The notes beneath the pieces are model-generated. The model ran no database searches. It saw only the letters and a program-made list of their open reading frames with translations, and had not been told where the DNA came from. From Candidatus Puniceispirillaceae bacterium (GTDB lineage: Bacteria > Pseudomonadota > Alphaproteobacteria > Puniceispirillales > Puniceispirillaceae): DNA of 64,000 nucleotides. The DNA lies in NCBI GenBank assembly GCA_965660165.1, contig CBFHYU010000004.1, positions 16,931-80,930 of the forward strand, written 5' to 3'. Below are positions 31,628 through 41,801 of the stretch, piece by piece (position 1 is the first letter of the stretch; the number at the start of each line of letters is the position of its first letter). The position numbers were made by a program, and so were the translations under genes.

Positions 31628-32662
31628 ATGGCGAGTAGTGGCGATAAAAAGCCTGCCCTGAAAAAAAGAGGGCGACCTCCGAAGTCGGTAATCAATGACA
31701 AGCCGTCTCGTGAGGCACTTGAAGCGATGTATCGTGATATGCTGATGATACGCCGATTTGAGGAAAAAGCTGGTCAGCTTTACGGTATGGGTCACATTGG
31801 CGGTTTCTGTCATTTATATATTGGTCAGGAAGCTGTCGTGGTTGGTATTCAGTCTGCTGCATCTGAGAAAGATTCTATTGTTACCTCTTATCGTGATCAT
31901 GGCCACATGCTTGCATGCGGCATGGATGCGGGCGGTGTGATGGCTGAGCTTACAGGCAGGGCAGATGGCTATTCTCGTGGCAAGGGTGGCTCAATGCATA
32001 TGTTTAGCCGCGAGAAAAACTTTTTTGGCGGTCATGGGATTGTTGGTGCGCAAGTGCCGATTGGCGCTGGGTTGGCTTTTGCCCATAAATATAACCAAGA
32101 TGGCGGCGTGAATATGGCCTATCTAGGTGATGGTGCTACCAATCAGGGGCAGGTCTATGAAACCTTTAACATGGCGGCCTTGTGGTCATTGCCGCTTTTG
32201 GTTGTGATTGAAAATAATCAATATGGGATGGGCACTTCTGTAAGCCGTTCATCTGCTGGTCAAGATTTAGCAGATAGAGGTAGCGCTTATGGTATTCCAG
32301 GTAAGCAAGTTGATGGCATGGATGTTATCGCTGTGCGCGAAGCGGCATCTGAAGCGCTTGAATATTGCCGAAGTGGCAAAGGCCCATTCATTTTAGAGAT
32401 GAAAACCTATCGCTATAGAGGCCATTCTATGTCTGACCCTGCAAAATACCGCACGAGAGACGAGGTAGATGCCATGCGAAAACAGCATGATCCTATTGAG
32501 CAATTACGCGATCTGTTGTTGCGTGAAGGTGTAGAAGAAGCTTGGATCAAGGATGTGGATAAGCAGATAAAGCAAGAAGTAACTAAGGCAGCTGACTTTG
32601 CGCTTCAAAGCCCTGAGCCTGATGCTTCTGAGCTGATGACAGATATTTTGGTAGACGCCTAG
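31628..32662 (+). CDS. pdhA: Pyruvate dehydrogenase E1 alpha subunit
   Basis: [11 protein letters not shown], the ThDP motif [20 protein letters not shown]...NNQYGMGT, and [11 protein letters not shown]. Confidence 0.93.
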   Translation: MASSGDKKPALKKRGRPPKSVINDKPSREALEAMYRDMLMIRRFEEKAGQLYGMGHIGGFCHLYIGQEAVVVGIQSAASEKDSIVTSYRDHGHMLACGMDAGGVMAELTGRADGYSRGKGGSMHMFSREKNFFGGHGIVGAQVPIGAGLAFAHKYNQDGGVNMAYLGDGATNQGQVYETFNMAALWSLPLLVVIENNQYGMGTSVSRSSAGQDLADRGSAYGIPGKQVDGMDVIAVREAASEALEYCRSGKGPFILEMKTYRYRGHSMSDPAKYRTRDEVDAMRKQHDPIEQLRDLLLREGVEEAWIKDVDKQIKQEVTKAADFALQSPEPDASELMTDILVDA

Positions 32663-32679
32663 AGCAGGGGATAAAGATT

Positions 32680-34071
32680 ATGAGTATTGAAATTAAAATG
32701 CCTGCATTGTCTCCTACGATGAGCGAGGGGCGGTTGTCGCGCTGGCTTGTCTCTGAGGGGGATAGCATCTCATCTGGTGACGTGATTGCCGAAATTGAAA
32801 CAGACAAGGCTACAATGGAAGTTGAAGCTATTGATGACGGCACGGTTGGGCGGATTGATATTGCCGAAGGGACAGATAATGTTGCAGTTGGCACTGTGAT
32901 TGCCATGTTGTTAGAAGATGGTGAGACAGAAATTACTGACCCTGCGCCTGTCGAGGCAGAAATATCAGCGCCAACCTCACAAGCTGCAGAAACATTGCCA
33001 TCACCCTTGCCATCACCTTTGCCAGCACAGCCTGCTAGTGCGGCTATTCTTGCTGAGGCTGAATGGACTGGAAGCACCACGACAATGACTGTCAGAGAAG
33101 CCTTGAGAGATGCGATGGCAGAGGAAATGCGCAAAGATGAGCGTGTCTTTGTGATGGGTGAAGAAGTTGCAGAATATCAGGGCGCTTATAAGGTAACACA
33201 AGGCCTGTTAGATGAATTTTCAGCCAAGCGGGTAATAGATACCCCAATTACAGAACATGGCTTTACAGGGCTGGGTGTGGGGGCTTCTTTTGGAGGTTTG
33301 CGCCCTATTATTGAATTTATGACCTTTAATTTTTCGATGCAGGCAATTGACCAGATTATCAATTCTGCGGCGAAAACCCTTTATATGTCAGGCGGGCAGA
33401 TGGGATGCCCGATTGTATTTAGAGGGCCAAATGGCGCGGCTAGCCGCGTGGCAGCCCAACATTCGCAATGCTATGCTAGCTGGTATGCACATTGTCCAGG
33501 TCTGAAGGTTGTATCGCCTTATTCTGCGGCAGACGCAAAGGGATTGCTAAAATCTGCTATCAGAGACCCAAACCCTGTGATTTTTTTAGAAAATGAAGTG
33601 ATGTATGGTCAAAGCTTTGAAGTGCCAGATGATGAAGACTGGATTGTGCCTATTGGAAAGGCAAAAATCTTAAGGTCGGGTACGGATATCACCATTACAG
33701 CCTTTTCGATCATGGTTGGCAAAGCGCTTGAAGCAGCAGAGGCGCTAGCCTCAATCGGCATTAGTGCTGAGGTGATTGATCTGAGAACTATCAGGCCACT
33801 AGATATGGATACTATCATCTCGTCTGTGCAGAAAACAGGCAGGATGATTTCATGTGAAGAAGGCTTTCCGTTTGCTGGTATCGGCTCAGAGCTTGCGATG
33901 CGTGTTATGGAACAGGCATTTGATTATTTAGATGCGCCTGTAATGCGCGTAACGGGTAAAGATGTGCCAATGCCATATGCCGCCAATCTTGAAAAGCTTG
34001 CTTTGCCGCAAATAGAAGATGTGGTCGAAGCAGCAAAAACAGCATGTTATCGTGCAGAAGGAGGGCTGTAA
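32680..34071 (+). CDS. pdhB: Pyruvate dehydrogenase E1 beta subunit with an N-terminal lipoyl domain
   Basis: aa 7-82 form a lipoyl domain ([11 protein letters not shown]), followed by a P/S/A linker with [10 protein letters not shown], then a transketolase-like E1 beta body ([21 protein letters not shown]). Confidence 0.93.
   Translation: MSIEIKMPALSPTMSEGRLSRWLVSEGDSISSGDVIAEIETDKATMEVEAIDDGTVGRIDIAEGTDNVAVGTVIAMLLEDGETEITDPAPVEAEISAPTSQAAETLPSPLPSPLPAQPASAAILAEAEWTGSTTTMTVREALRDAMAEEMRKDERVFVMGEEVAEYQGAYKVTQGLLDEFSAKRVIDTPITEHGFTGLGVGASFGGLRPIIEFMTFNFSMQAIDQIINSAAKTLYMSGGQMGCPIVFRGPNGAASRVAAQHSQCYASWYAHCPGLKVVSPYSAADAKGLLKSAIRDPNPVIFLENEVMYGQSFEVPDDEDWIVPIGKAKILRSGTDITITAFSIMVGKALEAAEALASIGISAEVIDLRTIRPLDMDTIISSVQKTGRMISCEEGFPFAGIGSELAMRVMEQAFDYLDAPVMRVTGKDVPMPYAANLEKLALPQIEDVVEAAKTACYRAEGGL
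32698..32925 (+). repeat. Lipoyl-domain coding repeat, copy 1 (in pdhB)
   Basis: 76 codons paralogous to 34089-34316. [32 protein letters not shown] is shared almost residue for residue, and long nucleotide runs are identical (e.g. gtgattgccgaaat.gaaacaga.aagg). Confidence 0.8.
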
Positions 34072-35357
34072 TGGCTACTCAAATCCTTATGCCAGCGCTA
34101 TCGCCAACAATGACTGAAGGTACAGTTGCAAAATGGCTTGTATCTGAGGGTGATACTGTGTCGTCAGGCGATGTGATTGCCGAAATCGAAACAGATAAGG
34201 CCACAATGGAAGTTGAAGCACTTGATGATGGTGTAATCGCAAAAATCATCATCGCAGAAGCCACACAAAATGTGGCTGTTAATGCTGTGATTGCTATTCT
34301 AACAGAAGAGGGGGAAAGCCTCTCAGAAGCAGATTTAGCCGCAGCATCACATTCGGCTTTAGCCAGTGCGCCCGCACCTTCAGAATCTTCACAACCGTCT
34401 GCATCTGCACCAGCACCAGCGCCAACTCTGGCGCCCGCCCCAATTCCAGCATCAACTTCAGCGCCTGCGGCAACAACAGCTCAAAAGGCAGAAGGCAAAC
34501 GTGTATTTGCAAGCCCGCTAGCCCGCCGAATTGCTGCTCAGAACGGGCTTGATATTACCGCCATCAAGGGAACAGGCCCTCATGGCCGCATTATCAAAAT
34601 GGATGTAGAAGATGCGCTTGCATCAGGGGTAACAGGCTCATCTGCACAACCATCAGCCACTATCGTTGCTGAAGCACCAAGATTTGTGCCGCATACAGCG
34701 ATGCGTAGGGTAATTGCAGACAGGCTTCAGCAATCAAAACAGACTGCACCTCACTTCTATTTAACCGTTGAGTGTGAGATAGATGACTTGCTTGCCGTGC
34801 GTAAGCAGTTGAATGAATTTGCGCCTGAAGGGGTGAAAATTTCTGTAAATGATATGATTATCAAGGCGGCTGGCTATGCGCTTATGGCTGAACCAGATAT
34901 GAATGGATTTTATGCAGAAGATGGCTGTAGCTATTATCATACAGCTGATATTTGCATGGCTGTAGCGGTTGAGGGCGGTCTTGTAACGCCTGTTGTTCAT
35001 TCTGTTGAAAAAATAGGCTTGGCAGAGATTGCAGCAATAACAGCTGATTTGGCAACGCGTGCGCGTGATGGAAAGCTTGACCCATCAGAATATGCAGGTG
35101 GCAATTTCACTATTTCCAATCTAGGCATGTTTGGCATTAAAGAATTTTCAGCCGTTATCAACCCGCCACAATCTGGCATTCTGGCGATAGGGGCTGGCGA
35201 ACAGCGTCCAGTTGTAAAATCAGGTGAGCTTTCTGTTGCAACAATGATGTCTGTAACCTTGTCTGCTGACCATCGGATTGTTGATGGTGCAGTTGGCGCA
35301 CGCTGGCTTCAGGCGTTTAAGCGGGCAATCGAAACACCAGCAATTATGCTGTTATAG
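34071..35357 (+). CDS. pdhC: Dihydrolipoamide acetyltransferase (E2) of pyruvate dehydrogenase
   Basis: The start was moved to the ATG at 34071, which overlaps the pdhB TAA by 1 nt (TAATG). It has a lipoyl domain, an A/P linker, a subunit-binding domain (ASPLARRIAAQNGLD) and a catalytic DHRIVDGA motif. Confidence 0.93.
   Translation: MATQILMPALSPTMTEGTVAKWLVSEGDTVSSGDVIAEIETDKATMEVEALDDGVIAKIIIAEATQNVAVNAVIAILTEEGESLSEADLAAASHSALASAPAPSESSQPSASAPAPAPTLAPAPIPASTSAPAATTAQKAEGKRVFASPLARRIAAQNGLDITAIKGTGPHGRIIKMDVEDALASGVTGSSAQPSATIVAEAPRFVPHTAMRRVIADRLQQSKQTAPHFYLTVECEIDDLLAVRKQLNEFAPEGVKISVNDMIIKAAGYALMAEPDMNGFYAEDGCSYYHTADICMAVAVEGGLVTPVVHSVEKIGLAEIAAITADLATRARDGKLDPSEYAGGNFTISNLGMFGIKEFSAVINPPQSGILAIGAGEQRPVVKSGELSVATMMSVTLSADHRIVDGAVGARWLQAFKRAIETPAIMLL
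34089..34316 (+). repeat. Lipoyl-domain coding repeat, copy 2 (in pdhC)
   Basis: See copy 1. Confidence 0.8.
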
Positions 35358-35379
35358 TTAGACAGAGCAGGGCAAAGAT

Positions 35380-36792
35380 ATGGCAAACACAAAGACATTT
35401 GATGTGATTGTAATTGGCGGTGGGCCTGGCGGTTATGTTGCCGCTATCAGGGCGGCTCAGCTTGGTTTGAAAGCCTGTGTGGTTGAACGTGAACATCTGG
35501 GCGGCATTTGCCTGAACTGGGGGTGCATTCCAACCAAAGCATTGCTGAAAGCCGCAGAATTACGGCATAGCCTTACCCATCTAGAAGAGTATGGTATCGA
35601 AGTAAATGGTGAGGTTTCAGTCAATATTGAACAGGTTGTGAAACGTAGCCGCAAGGTGGCATCACGCCTGTCTGCTGGTGTTGCGCATCTGCTGAAAAAG
35701 AACAAGGTTGAGGTTATCTCTGGTGAAGCGTCTATCTCAGGCAAACAGTCAGATCAATGGGCAGTATCAATCGCAGGTGAAACGCCAGCAACGGTAACAG
35801 CCAAACATGTTATTATCGCAACAGGCGCACGTGCCAGACAAATTCCCAATATGGAGAGCAATGGCACTACCATCCTGTCTTATAAAGAAGCAATGGTGCC
35901 TAAATCTATACCAAAATCCCTGCTGGTAGTGGGCTCAGGGGCAATCGGGATTGAATTTGCCAGCTTTTATCGTGACATGGGGGTTGAGGTCACGATTGTT
36001 GAAGCGCTTGAGCGTATCTTAAATGCTGAAGATGAAGAGGTATCTGCGGCCGCACATAAAGCGTTTGAAAAACGTGGTATGAATATCCATGTTTCTGCCA
36101 GTCTGAAATCGCTCACTGAGACAAAGCAAGGGGTTGATGCGCTTGTTGATATCAACGGCAAGCAACAGACCATTCGCGTTGAAAAGGTGATCATGGCTGT
36201 AGGGATTGTTGGCAATACCGAAAATCTGGGGCTGGAAAAAACACAGGTTAAAATCGACAGAAGCCATATTGAGACAGATAATCTTATGCGGACTGCCGAG
36301 GCAGGTATTTTTGCTATTGGCGATGTGACAGGTGCCCCATGGCTTGCACATAAAGCAAGCCATGAAGGCATTATGTGTGTTGAAGCGATTGCTGGCGCCA
36401 AAAATCTGCATGGCTTTAGCCCAAAACAGGTGCCAGGCTGTACCTATTGCCGTCCTCAAATTGCCTCAGTTGGACTTACAGAAGCTCAGGCAAAAGCGCA
36501 GAATTATCAAGTGAAAGTCGGCAGATTTCCATTTATCGGCAATGGTAAGGCAATTGCACTCGGAGAGGATGAAGGCTTTATCAAAACAATATTTGATGCC
36601 AAAACAGGCGCATTACTTGGCGCCCATATGATAGGGCCTGAAGTTACAGAGCTGATTCAGGGCTATGCGATTGCCCAGACACTTGAAACAACAGAAGCAG
36701 AATTGATGAATACCATCTTCCCGCATCCCACCCTGTCTGAAGCTATGCATGAATCTGTACTTGACGCGTATGGGCGTGCAATCCATTTCTAA
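35380..36792 (+). CDS. lpdA: Dihydrolipoyl dehydrogenase (E3)
   Basis: VIGGGPGGYVAA, redox disulfide GGICLNWGCIPTK, and C-terminal HPTLSE. Confidence 0.93.
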   Translation: MANTKTFDVIVIGGGPGGYVAAIRAAQLGLKACVVEREHLGGICLNWGCIPTKALLKAAELRHSLTHLEEYGIEVNGEVSVNIEQVVKRSRKVASRLSAGVAHLLKKNKVEVISGEASISGKQSDQWAVSIAGETPATVTAKHVIIATGARARQIPNMESNGTTILSYKEAMVPKSIPKSLLVVGSGAIGIEFASFYRDMGVEVTIVEALERILNAEDEEVSAAAHKAFEKRGMNIHVSASLKSLTETKQGVDALVDINGKQQTIRVEKVIMAVGIVGNTENLGLEKTQVKIDRSHIETDNLMRTAEAGIFAIGDVTGAPWLAHKASHEGIMCVEAIAGAKNLHGFSPKQVPGCTYCRPQIASVGLTEAQAKAQNYQVKVGRFPFIGNGKAIALGEDEGFIKTIFDAKTGALLGAHMIGPEVTELIQGYAIAQTLETTEAELMNTIFPHPTLSEAMHESVLDAYGRAIHF

Positions 36793-36812
36793 GTTAGATA
36801 TAGGAGCTGCCC

Positions 36813-37760
36813 ATGCCATCGCCAAATGTCAAAACAGGCGCTGATAGACATCCTGAAAAGCGCAAAAACCCTGACAGGCCACAACCAAGACGGCCTGATT
36901 GGTTGCGGGTGAAAGCGCCTAGAGATGGTGCATTTTCTGAAACCACAAAATTGATGCGCGAGCTTAATCTGGTAACCGTATGCGAAGAAGCTGCTTGTCC
37001 CAATATTGGCGAATGCTGGTCGCAAAAACATGCAACTATGATGATACTTGGTTCTGTATGCACTAGGGCATGTGCCTTCTGTAACGTTGCTACAGGCAAG
37101 CCAGATAGGCTAGACCCACACGAACCAGATCATGTTGGTGAAGCCGTGGCACGTTTGGGGCTTAGGCATGTAGTGATAACGTCTGTTGATAGAGATGATC
37201 TAGAAGATGGGGGCGCAACCCATTTTGCCCATACTATCACAGCCATCAGACAGCGCTCACCAGATACTACAATTGAAATTTTGACGCCAGATTTTTTACG
37301 TAAAGACAATGCATTAGATATTATTGTTGATGCAAAGCCTGATGTATTTAATCATAATATGGAAACTGTTTCACGGCTATATCGTGCTATCAGGCCAGGT
37401 GCTAGATATGCTCATTCATTACAGGTGCTAGCTGATGTAAAGCGTGCTGACCCATCGATTTTCACAAAGTCAGGTATTATGGTGGGGTTAGGTGAAACAG
37501 ATGAAGATGTTTATGGTATTATGGATGATTTGCGAGATGCAGATGTTGATTTTATGACCATTGGCCAATACCTGCAGCCCACCCCAAAACATGCGGTTGT
37601 TGATCGGTTTGTCACCCCTGAGCAGTTTTCTGCTTATGCTGAGGCTGGGAAAGATAAAGGGTTTTTGATGATGGCTTCTACACCATTGACACGCTCATCA
37701 TACCATGCTGATGCTGATTTTGCGGCACTCAGACAGGCACGTGAGGCCGCTTTATCGTAA
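36813..37760 (+). CDS. lipA: Lipoyl synthase
   Basis: [13 protein letters not shown] auxiliary-cluster motif and the radical-SAM CTRACAFC (CxxxCxxC). Confidence 0.95.
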   Translation: MPSPNVKTGADRHPEKRKNPDRPQPRRPDWLRVKAPRDGAFSETTKLMRELNLVTVCEEAACPNIGECWSQKHATMMILGSVCTRACAFCNVATGKPDRLDPHEPDHVGEAVARLGLRHVVITSVDRDDLEDGGATHFAHTITAIRQRSPDTTIEILTPDFLRKDNALDIIVDAKPDVFNHNMETVSRLYRAIRPGARYAHSLQVLADVKRADPSIFTKSGIMVGLGETDEDVYGIMDDLRDADVDFMTIGQYLQPTPKHAVVDRFVTPEQFSAYAEAGKDKGFLMMASTPLTRSSYHADADFAALRQAREAALS

Positions 37761-37829
37761 AGTGCTTTTCCACTTCATAACAAAGATGCCGCCAGATATG
37801 CCAAATACTCTGTCTTAGCTCGATTCTAT

Positions 37830-38294
37830 ATGGTATCACCGCTTATGACCACGCATGCCGAAACAAGATTTGTGCCTTTTTCGCCAGAACAGATTTATGA
37901 TCTGGTTGGTGATGTGCGCCACTATCCATCTTTTTTGCCATGGTGTATTGCGGCCAGAGTACGAACACAATCAGCAGATACTCTAACAGCTGATCTGATT
38001 ATCGGATTTAGAATGTTCAGAGAGAGCTTTACTTCATATGTTGCGCTAGATAGAGATGCGCTTGAAATTGAGGTGGAATATGCAGAAGGCCCGTTCAAAT
38101 ATCTCAAAAATAGATGGAAATTTATTGAAGCTGAAGGCGGTTGTATTATTGATTTCTATGTAGATTTTGAATTTAATTCACGACTGTTGCAATCTGTTAT
38201 TGAAAGCTTGTTCACAGAGGCTGTCAAACGTATGGTAGCTGCCTTTGAAGCCCGCGCATATGCGCTTTATGCCCCCAGGATTAAAGCTGAGTGA
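37830..38294 (+). CDS. SRPBCC/START-fold protein of the RatA / COQ10 family
   Basis: ~150 aa. VRHYPSFLPWC is the hallmark of the polyketide_cyc/RatA-COQ10 family. It occupies the usual alphaproteobacterial position downstream of lipA. Confidence 0.75.
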   Translation: MVSPLMTTHAETRFVPFSPEQIYDLVGDVRHYPSFLPWCIAARVRTQSADTLTADLIIGFRMFRESFTSYVALDRDALEIEVEYAEGPFKYLKNRWKFIEAEGGCIIDFYVDFEFNSRLLQSVIESLFTEAVKRMVAAFEARAYALYAPRIKAE

Positions 38295-38790
38295 GCTGTT
38301 CTGACAAAATGCTGAGAATAGCGTTACTTGCTGCCATCCTAATAGCTTGTCGGTCGCCCTTAAATATTTCACAATAGCCTACACAATTTGGCGCACTATG
38401 CGCGTCTTTGCGCATTGCACAGGCCATATGTACCAGACCAACTGGCTTTTCTGTAGTGCCCCCATCAGGGCCTGCAATGCCTGTTATTGAGATAGCCGCA
38501 CATCTATCATCTGTTGCTAATTCATTTGCCAGCAATCCGCCTATCGCCATCTCTTTGGCTGTTTCATCTGAAACCGCCCCAAAGTTTGCAAGGGTTTCTG
38601 GTCTAACGCCTACCATCTCGCATTTTGCCTTATTGCTATAGGTAATAAAGCCTCTATCAAGCACAGCAGATGCGCCTGAAACAGAAGTAAGGCGCGAAAA
38701 TACCATCCCGCCCGTACAAGATTCAACAGATCGTATCCAGCAATGCTTTTTTATTGCTAGCGCAATGATTTGTTCTGCTTGCCTGTCCAT
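38281..38790 (-). CDS. CinA C-terminal-domain protein (nicotinamide-nucleotide amidohydrolase PncC-like)
   Basis: 169 aa with SVESCTGGMV and ISITGIAGPDGG motifs. Confidence 0.8.
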   Translation of the reverse strand: MDRQAEQIIALAIKKHCWIRSVESCTGGMVFSRLTSVSGASAVLDRGFITYSNKAKCEMVGVRPETLANFGAVSDETAKEMAIGGLLANELATDDRCAAISITGIAGPDGGTTEKPVGLVHMACAMRKDAHSAPNCVGYCEIFKGDRQAIRMAASNAILSILSEQLTQL

Positions 38791-38794
38791 GTGA

Positions 38795-39274
38795 CTAGCC
38801 TTCTATAAATGGGCTTAGGAATTGATAAAGAATTAGCAGAATAATACCTGACCAAGACGCAGCAACAATATCATCTGCCATCACGCCAACACCGCCCTTA
38901 ATCTGCTCTGCCTTATTGATTGGCCAGATTTTCAAAATATCAAAAAACCGAAATAAGATAAAGGCAAGCACAAACCAGATAACAGGTTGTTCAACAAATT
39001 TTGGCACGCATAATAGCACTGCAAACTGGCCTGCTACCTCGTCAATAATAATTTCTGAGCTATCCTTTTTGCCAGACATATTCTCATAGGCATCTGCTGC
39101 TATCACCCCGATAACCACAGTCATTACAGTTGCGACTAGCATCGCAAAATAGCTATGCTGATAGATAAGATATCCAATCACAAGCGCAACAGCCGAGCCA
39201 GCCGTACCAGGTGCAGGTAATTTCTGCCCGACTGGCCCCAATGTCGCAATTTGGCATAATACTGTTTTTAACAT
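38795..39274 (-). CDS. pgpA: Phosphatidylglycerophosphatase A
   Basis: 159 aa membrane protein. PGTAGS near the N-terminus, IIDEVAGQ, and RFFDILKIWPI. Confidence 0.85.
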   Translation of the reverse strand: MLKTVLCQIATLGPVGQKLPAPGTAGSAVALVIGYLIYQHSYFAMLVATVMTVVIGVIAADAYENMSGKKDSSEIIIDEVAGQFAVLLCVPKFVEQPVIWFVLAFILFRFFDILKIWPINKAEQIKGGVGVMADDIVAASWSGIILLILYQFLSPFIEG

Positions 39275-40530
39275 AGTGACCCTTTTTCATCGCCTATGGC
39301 AGGGCGCCTGATAGAAGCTGAGGCCATCGCCGCAATCCCTTCTTTTCTACCTGTAAAGCCAAGCCGTTCTGAGGTCGTTGCCTTTACCGACACACGTCTA
39401 ATATCAATATCACATATTTCGGCAATGCTGGCACGCATCTGCTCACGATAAGGTGTTATCTTTGGGCGCTCGCAAATAATGGTGACATCTAGCTGCATAA
39501 GCTGGGCAGATTGCTGTCTTGCCCTTTCTGCAATATGCCGCAGAAAATGGTGTGATGATTTATCTTTCCATGCGTCATCAGTGGGCGGAAAATGACTACC
39601 AATATCACCATCTGACATGGCACCACAAATTGCATCGCATATGGCATGAAGCCCAACATCACCATCTGAATGGGCATCAACCCCGCACTCATGCTCAGTG
39701 GCAACACCGCAAATCATCAGAGGCTCTTTTACCTCAGGATCAAATCTATGCACATCATATCCCGTGCCTGTGACATATTCCCACATAAGTGTCTCCTGCT
39801 GAACGATATAATGATACAGGGCAGGCAGGTCATCTGCCGTTGTAATTTTTTCAAGCCGCCTATCGCCTGTAACAGGCAATACTTGCCTGCCAGTCACTTC
39901 ATATAATGAGCAATCATCTGTTAGCGTTGCAATATTGCTAGTCTGTTTTGCCTCATTTAAGGCGCTGTGATATGCGCTCCGCAAAAAACATTGCGGTGTT
40001 TGAGCCCGCATAAGCTGGCGTCTATCAATCGTTGAGATGCTGTTCTGATCTTGCTGTTTGATAGTATCAGTCATCTCAAGTACGGGCAGAATGGCATGTT
40101 CAGGATGTTCGGTTAATGCGGTAAGTAATCGTCTTAAAATCTCATCTGTGATAAAAGGGCGGGCGCAATCATGGATAGCCAAATAGGGGCTGATATCCTG
40201 TTGGCGCTCAAGCGCATTTAGCCCAAATTGTACTGAATCAGAGCGCTCTTTTCCGCCTATTGCTGTAATAAGCCTATCTGGAATAACTGCGCTCAGCCTG
40301 TCAATTTCTGCTTGCTCATCAGCGTTAAGCTGTTTTGGTAGTACCAGAACAATCTTATTGATGGTGCTAGCATTTGCCAATGCATAGAGCGTATGGGCAA
40401 TCAGACTGCGCCCTGAGATGGTTGCAAATTGTTTTTTAATCTGGGTCTGACCAGTATGCAACGAGCGAATGAATCGCTCGCCACTACCTGCGGCAAGGAC
40501 AATAATATCCATCTTATCTGTATGCTTCAC
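39268..40530 (-). CDS. ispDF: Bifunctional 2-C-methyl-D-erythritol 4-phosphate cytidylyltransferase / MEcPP synthase
   Basis: N-terminal IspD (IVLAAGSGERF) fused to C-terminal IspF (GTGYDVHRF, HSDGDVGLHAICDAICGA). Confidence 0.93.
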   Translation of the reverse strand: MKHTDKMDIIVLAAGSGERFIRSLHTGQTQIKKQFATISGRSLIAHTLYALANASTINKIVLVLPKQLNADEQAEIDRLSAVIPDRLITAIGGKERSDSVQFGLNALERQQDISPYLAIHDCARPFITDEILRRLLTALTEHPEHAILPVLEMTDTIKQQDQNSISTIDRRQLMRAQTPQCFLRSAYHSALNEAKQTSNIATLTDDCSLYEVTGRQVLPVTGDRRLEKITTADDLPALYHYIVQQETLMWEYVTGTGYDVHRFDPEVKEPLMICGVATEHECGVDAHSDGDVGLHAICDAICGAMSDGDIGSHFPPTDDAWKDKSSHHFLRHIAERARQQSAQLMQLDVTIICERPKITPYREQMRASIAEICDIDIRRVSVKATTSERLGFTGRKEGIAAMASASIRRPAIGDEKGSLC

Positions 40531-40811
40531 GTAAATCGCTCTCGTAAATTGCTTTTAGTAACAGACCAGAATTTTTGGCTATTCGGTCATGCGCATGATA
40601 CGCCATATTGTAACCGCTATTGCTGATAATGTGATAGTCAAATTTCTTTACAAAATCTATATGGGCTGATGAATAAGAGGCGTAAATTTAGGCAGTTTTG
40701 AAAATCAATGCTATATTTACAGCACAAAAATGCCTATTATTTGGGCTAACACAGATAATTGCCACTTAGTTAACCAAAATAGAACCTGAATTTAGTGAGA
40801 ATAGTGCCTCA

Positions 40812-41801
40812 ATGGGTCAGATATTTCAGTCTATATTGCCAGATTGCGCAGCATTGCCTGATATCGTGCTTGCGCCCATGTCTGGCATCACAGATAGGCC
40901 ATTTCGGCGTGCTGTCAGGCGTGCAGGGGGCGGGCTGGTGGTATCTGAGATGATTGCCAGCCATGCAATATTATCTGAAATCACCTCAGAGATGGCAAAA
41001 TTACAGTTTTCTGCATCTGAGGAACATCCTGTATCTATTCAGCTAGCAGGCCATGACCCACAAATTATGGCAGAGGCCGCGCATATCGCAGAACAGCTTG
41101 GGGCTTCGATGATTGATATCAATCTTGGCTGTCCAGCTAAAAAAGTCACAGGCAGACAGGCAGGCTCAGCATTGATGGCAGAACCAGAGCGTGCAGGGGC
41201 AATATTTTCAGCTGTAAAGCAGGCAGTAAGCTGTCCGGTAAGCGTGAAAATGCGTCTTGGCGTCGATGAGCAACATCTAAATGCACGAGATATTGCAAAA
41301 ATAGCTGAACAGGCTGGTATCTCCATGCTCACCATCCATGCACGTACGCGCGCGCAAATGTATAAGGGGGCGGCACGCTGGCATATGGCGGCCGAAGCAA
41401 TTGCGGCGGTGTCTATCCCTGTATTGATAAATGGGGATATTGGCAGTGCCGATGATGCGAAGCAGGCGCTTGCTGCTTGTGGGGCTGATGGTGTGATGAT
41501 AGGGCGGGCAGCGCAGGGCCAGCCTTGGCTTTTGCAGCAGATAGATGCTGAAATGAATGGGCAAGAATATTGCCCACCTAGTGCTGCATTGAAGCATGAA
41601 TATATTGTGGTGCATCTTGATGAGATGATGACACAATATGGCGCGATTGGGTTGAGGCTAGCCCGAAAACATATGGCAAGCTATTGTGATTATCTGCCTC
41701 ACTCAGAGCATCTAAGAAGTGTGATGCTTGGCGCCAATACCCCGCAACAGGTATTTGCGGCACTGCATGATTATTTTAGCAAAATGGATGCGGTCGCATG
41801 A
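40812..41801 (+). CDS. dusB: tRNA-dihydrouridine synthase B (NifR3)
   Basis: LAPMSGITDRPFRR, DINLGCPAKKV, TIHARTR. It immediately precedes ntrBC, as in other alphaproteobacteria. Confidence 0.9.
   Translation: MGQIFQSILPDCAALPDIVLAPMSGITDRPFRRAVRRAGGGLVVSEMIASHAILSEITSEMAKLQFSASEEHPVSIQLAGHDPQIMAEAAHIAEQLGASMIDINLGCPAKKVTGRQAGSALMAEPERAGAIFSAVKQAVSCPVSVKMRLGVDEQHLNARDIAKIAEQAGISMLTIHARTRAQMYKGAARWHMAAEAIAAVSIPVLINGDIGSADDAKQALAACGADGVMIGRAAQGQPWLLQQIDAEMNGQEYCPPSAALKHEYIVVHLDEMMTQYGAIGLRLARKHMASYCDYLPHSEHLRSVMLGANTPQQVFAALHDYFSKMDAVA

Noticed and set aside
32583-33134. 183-aa ORF antisense to the pdhA end and pdhB lipoyl/linker region. Similar long antisense ORFs occur at 24138-24743 (opposite ppiD), 35967-36401 and 36019-36459 (opposite lpdA), 5727-6140 (opposite recJ) and 1259-1708 (opposite the DMGDH-like gene).
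   Set aside because: Each lies opposite a gene with unambiguous family motifs. Each has the Ser/Ala/Cys/Ile-rich composition typical of shadow frames, and none has an SD or a recognisable domain.
37830-38294. RatA-family 'toxin' as part of a toxin-antitoxin pair.
   Set aside because: This SRPBCC/COQ10-like gene is a conserved neighbour of lipA in alphaproteobacteria. There is no small partner (ratB-like) gene, and the downstream gene is a convergent cinA-type amidohydrolase.
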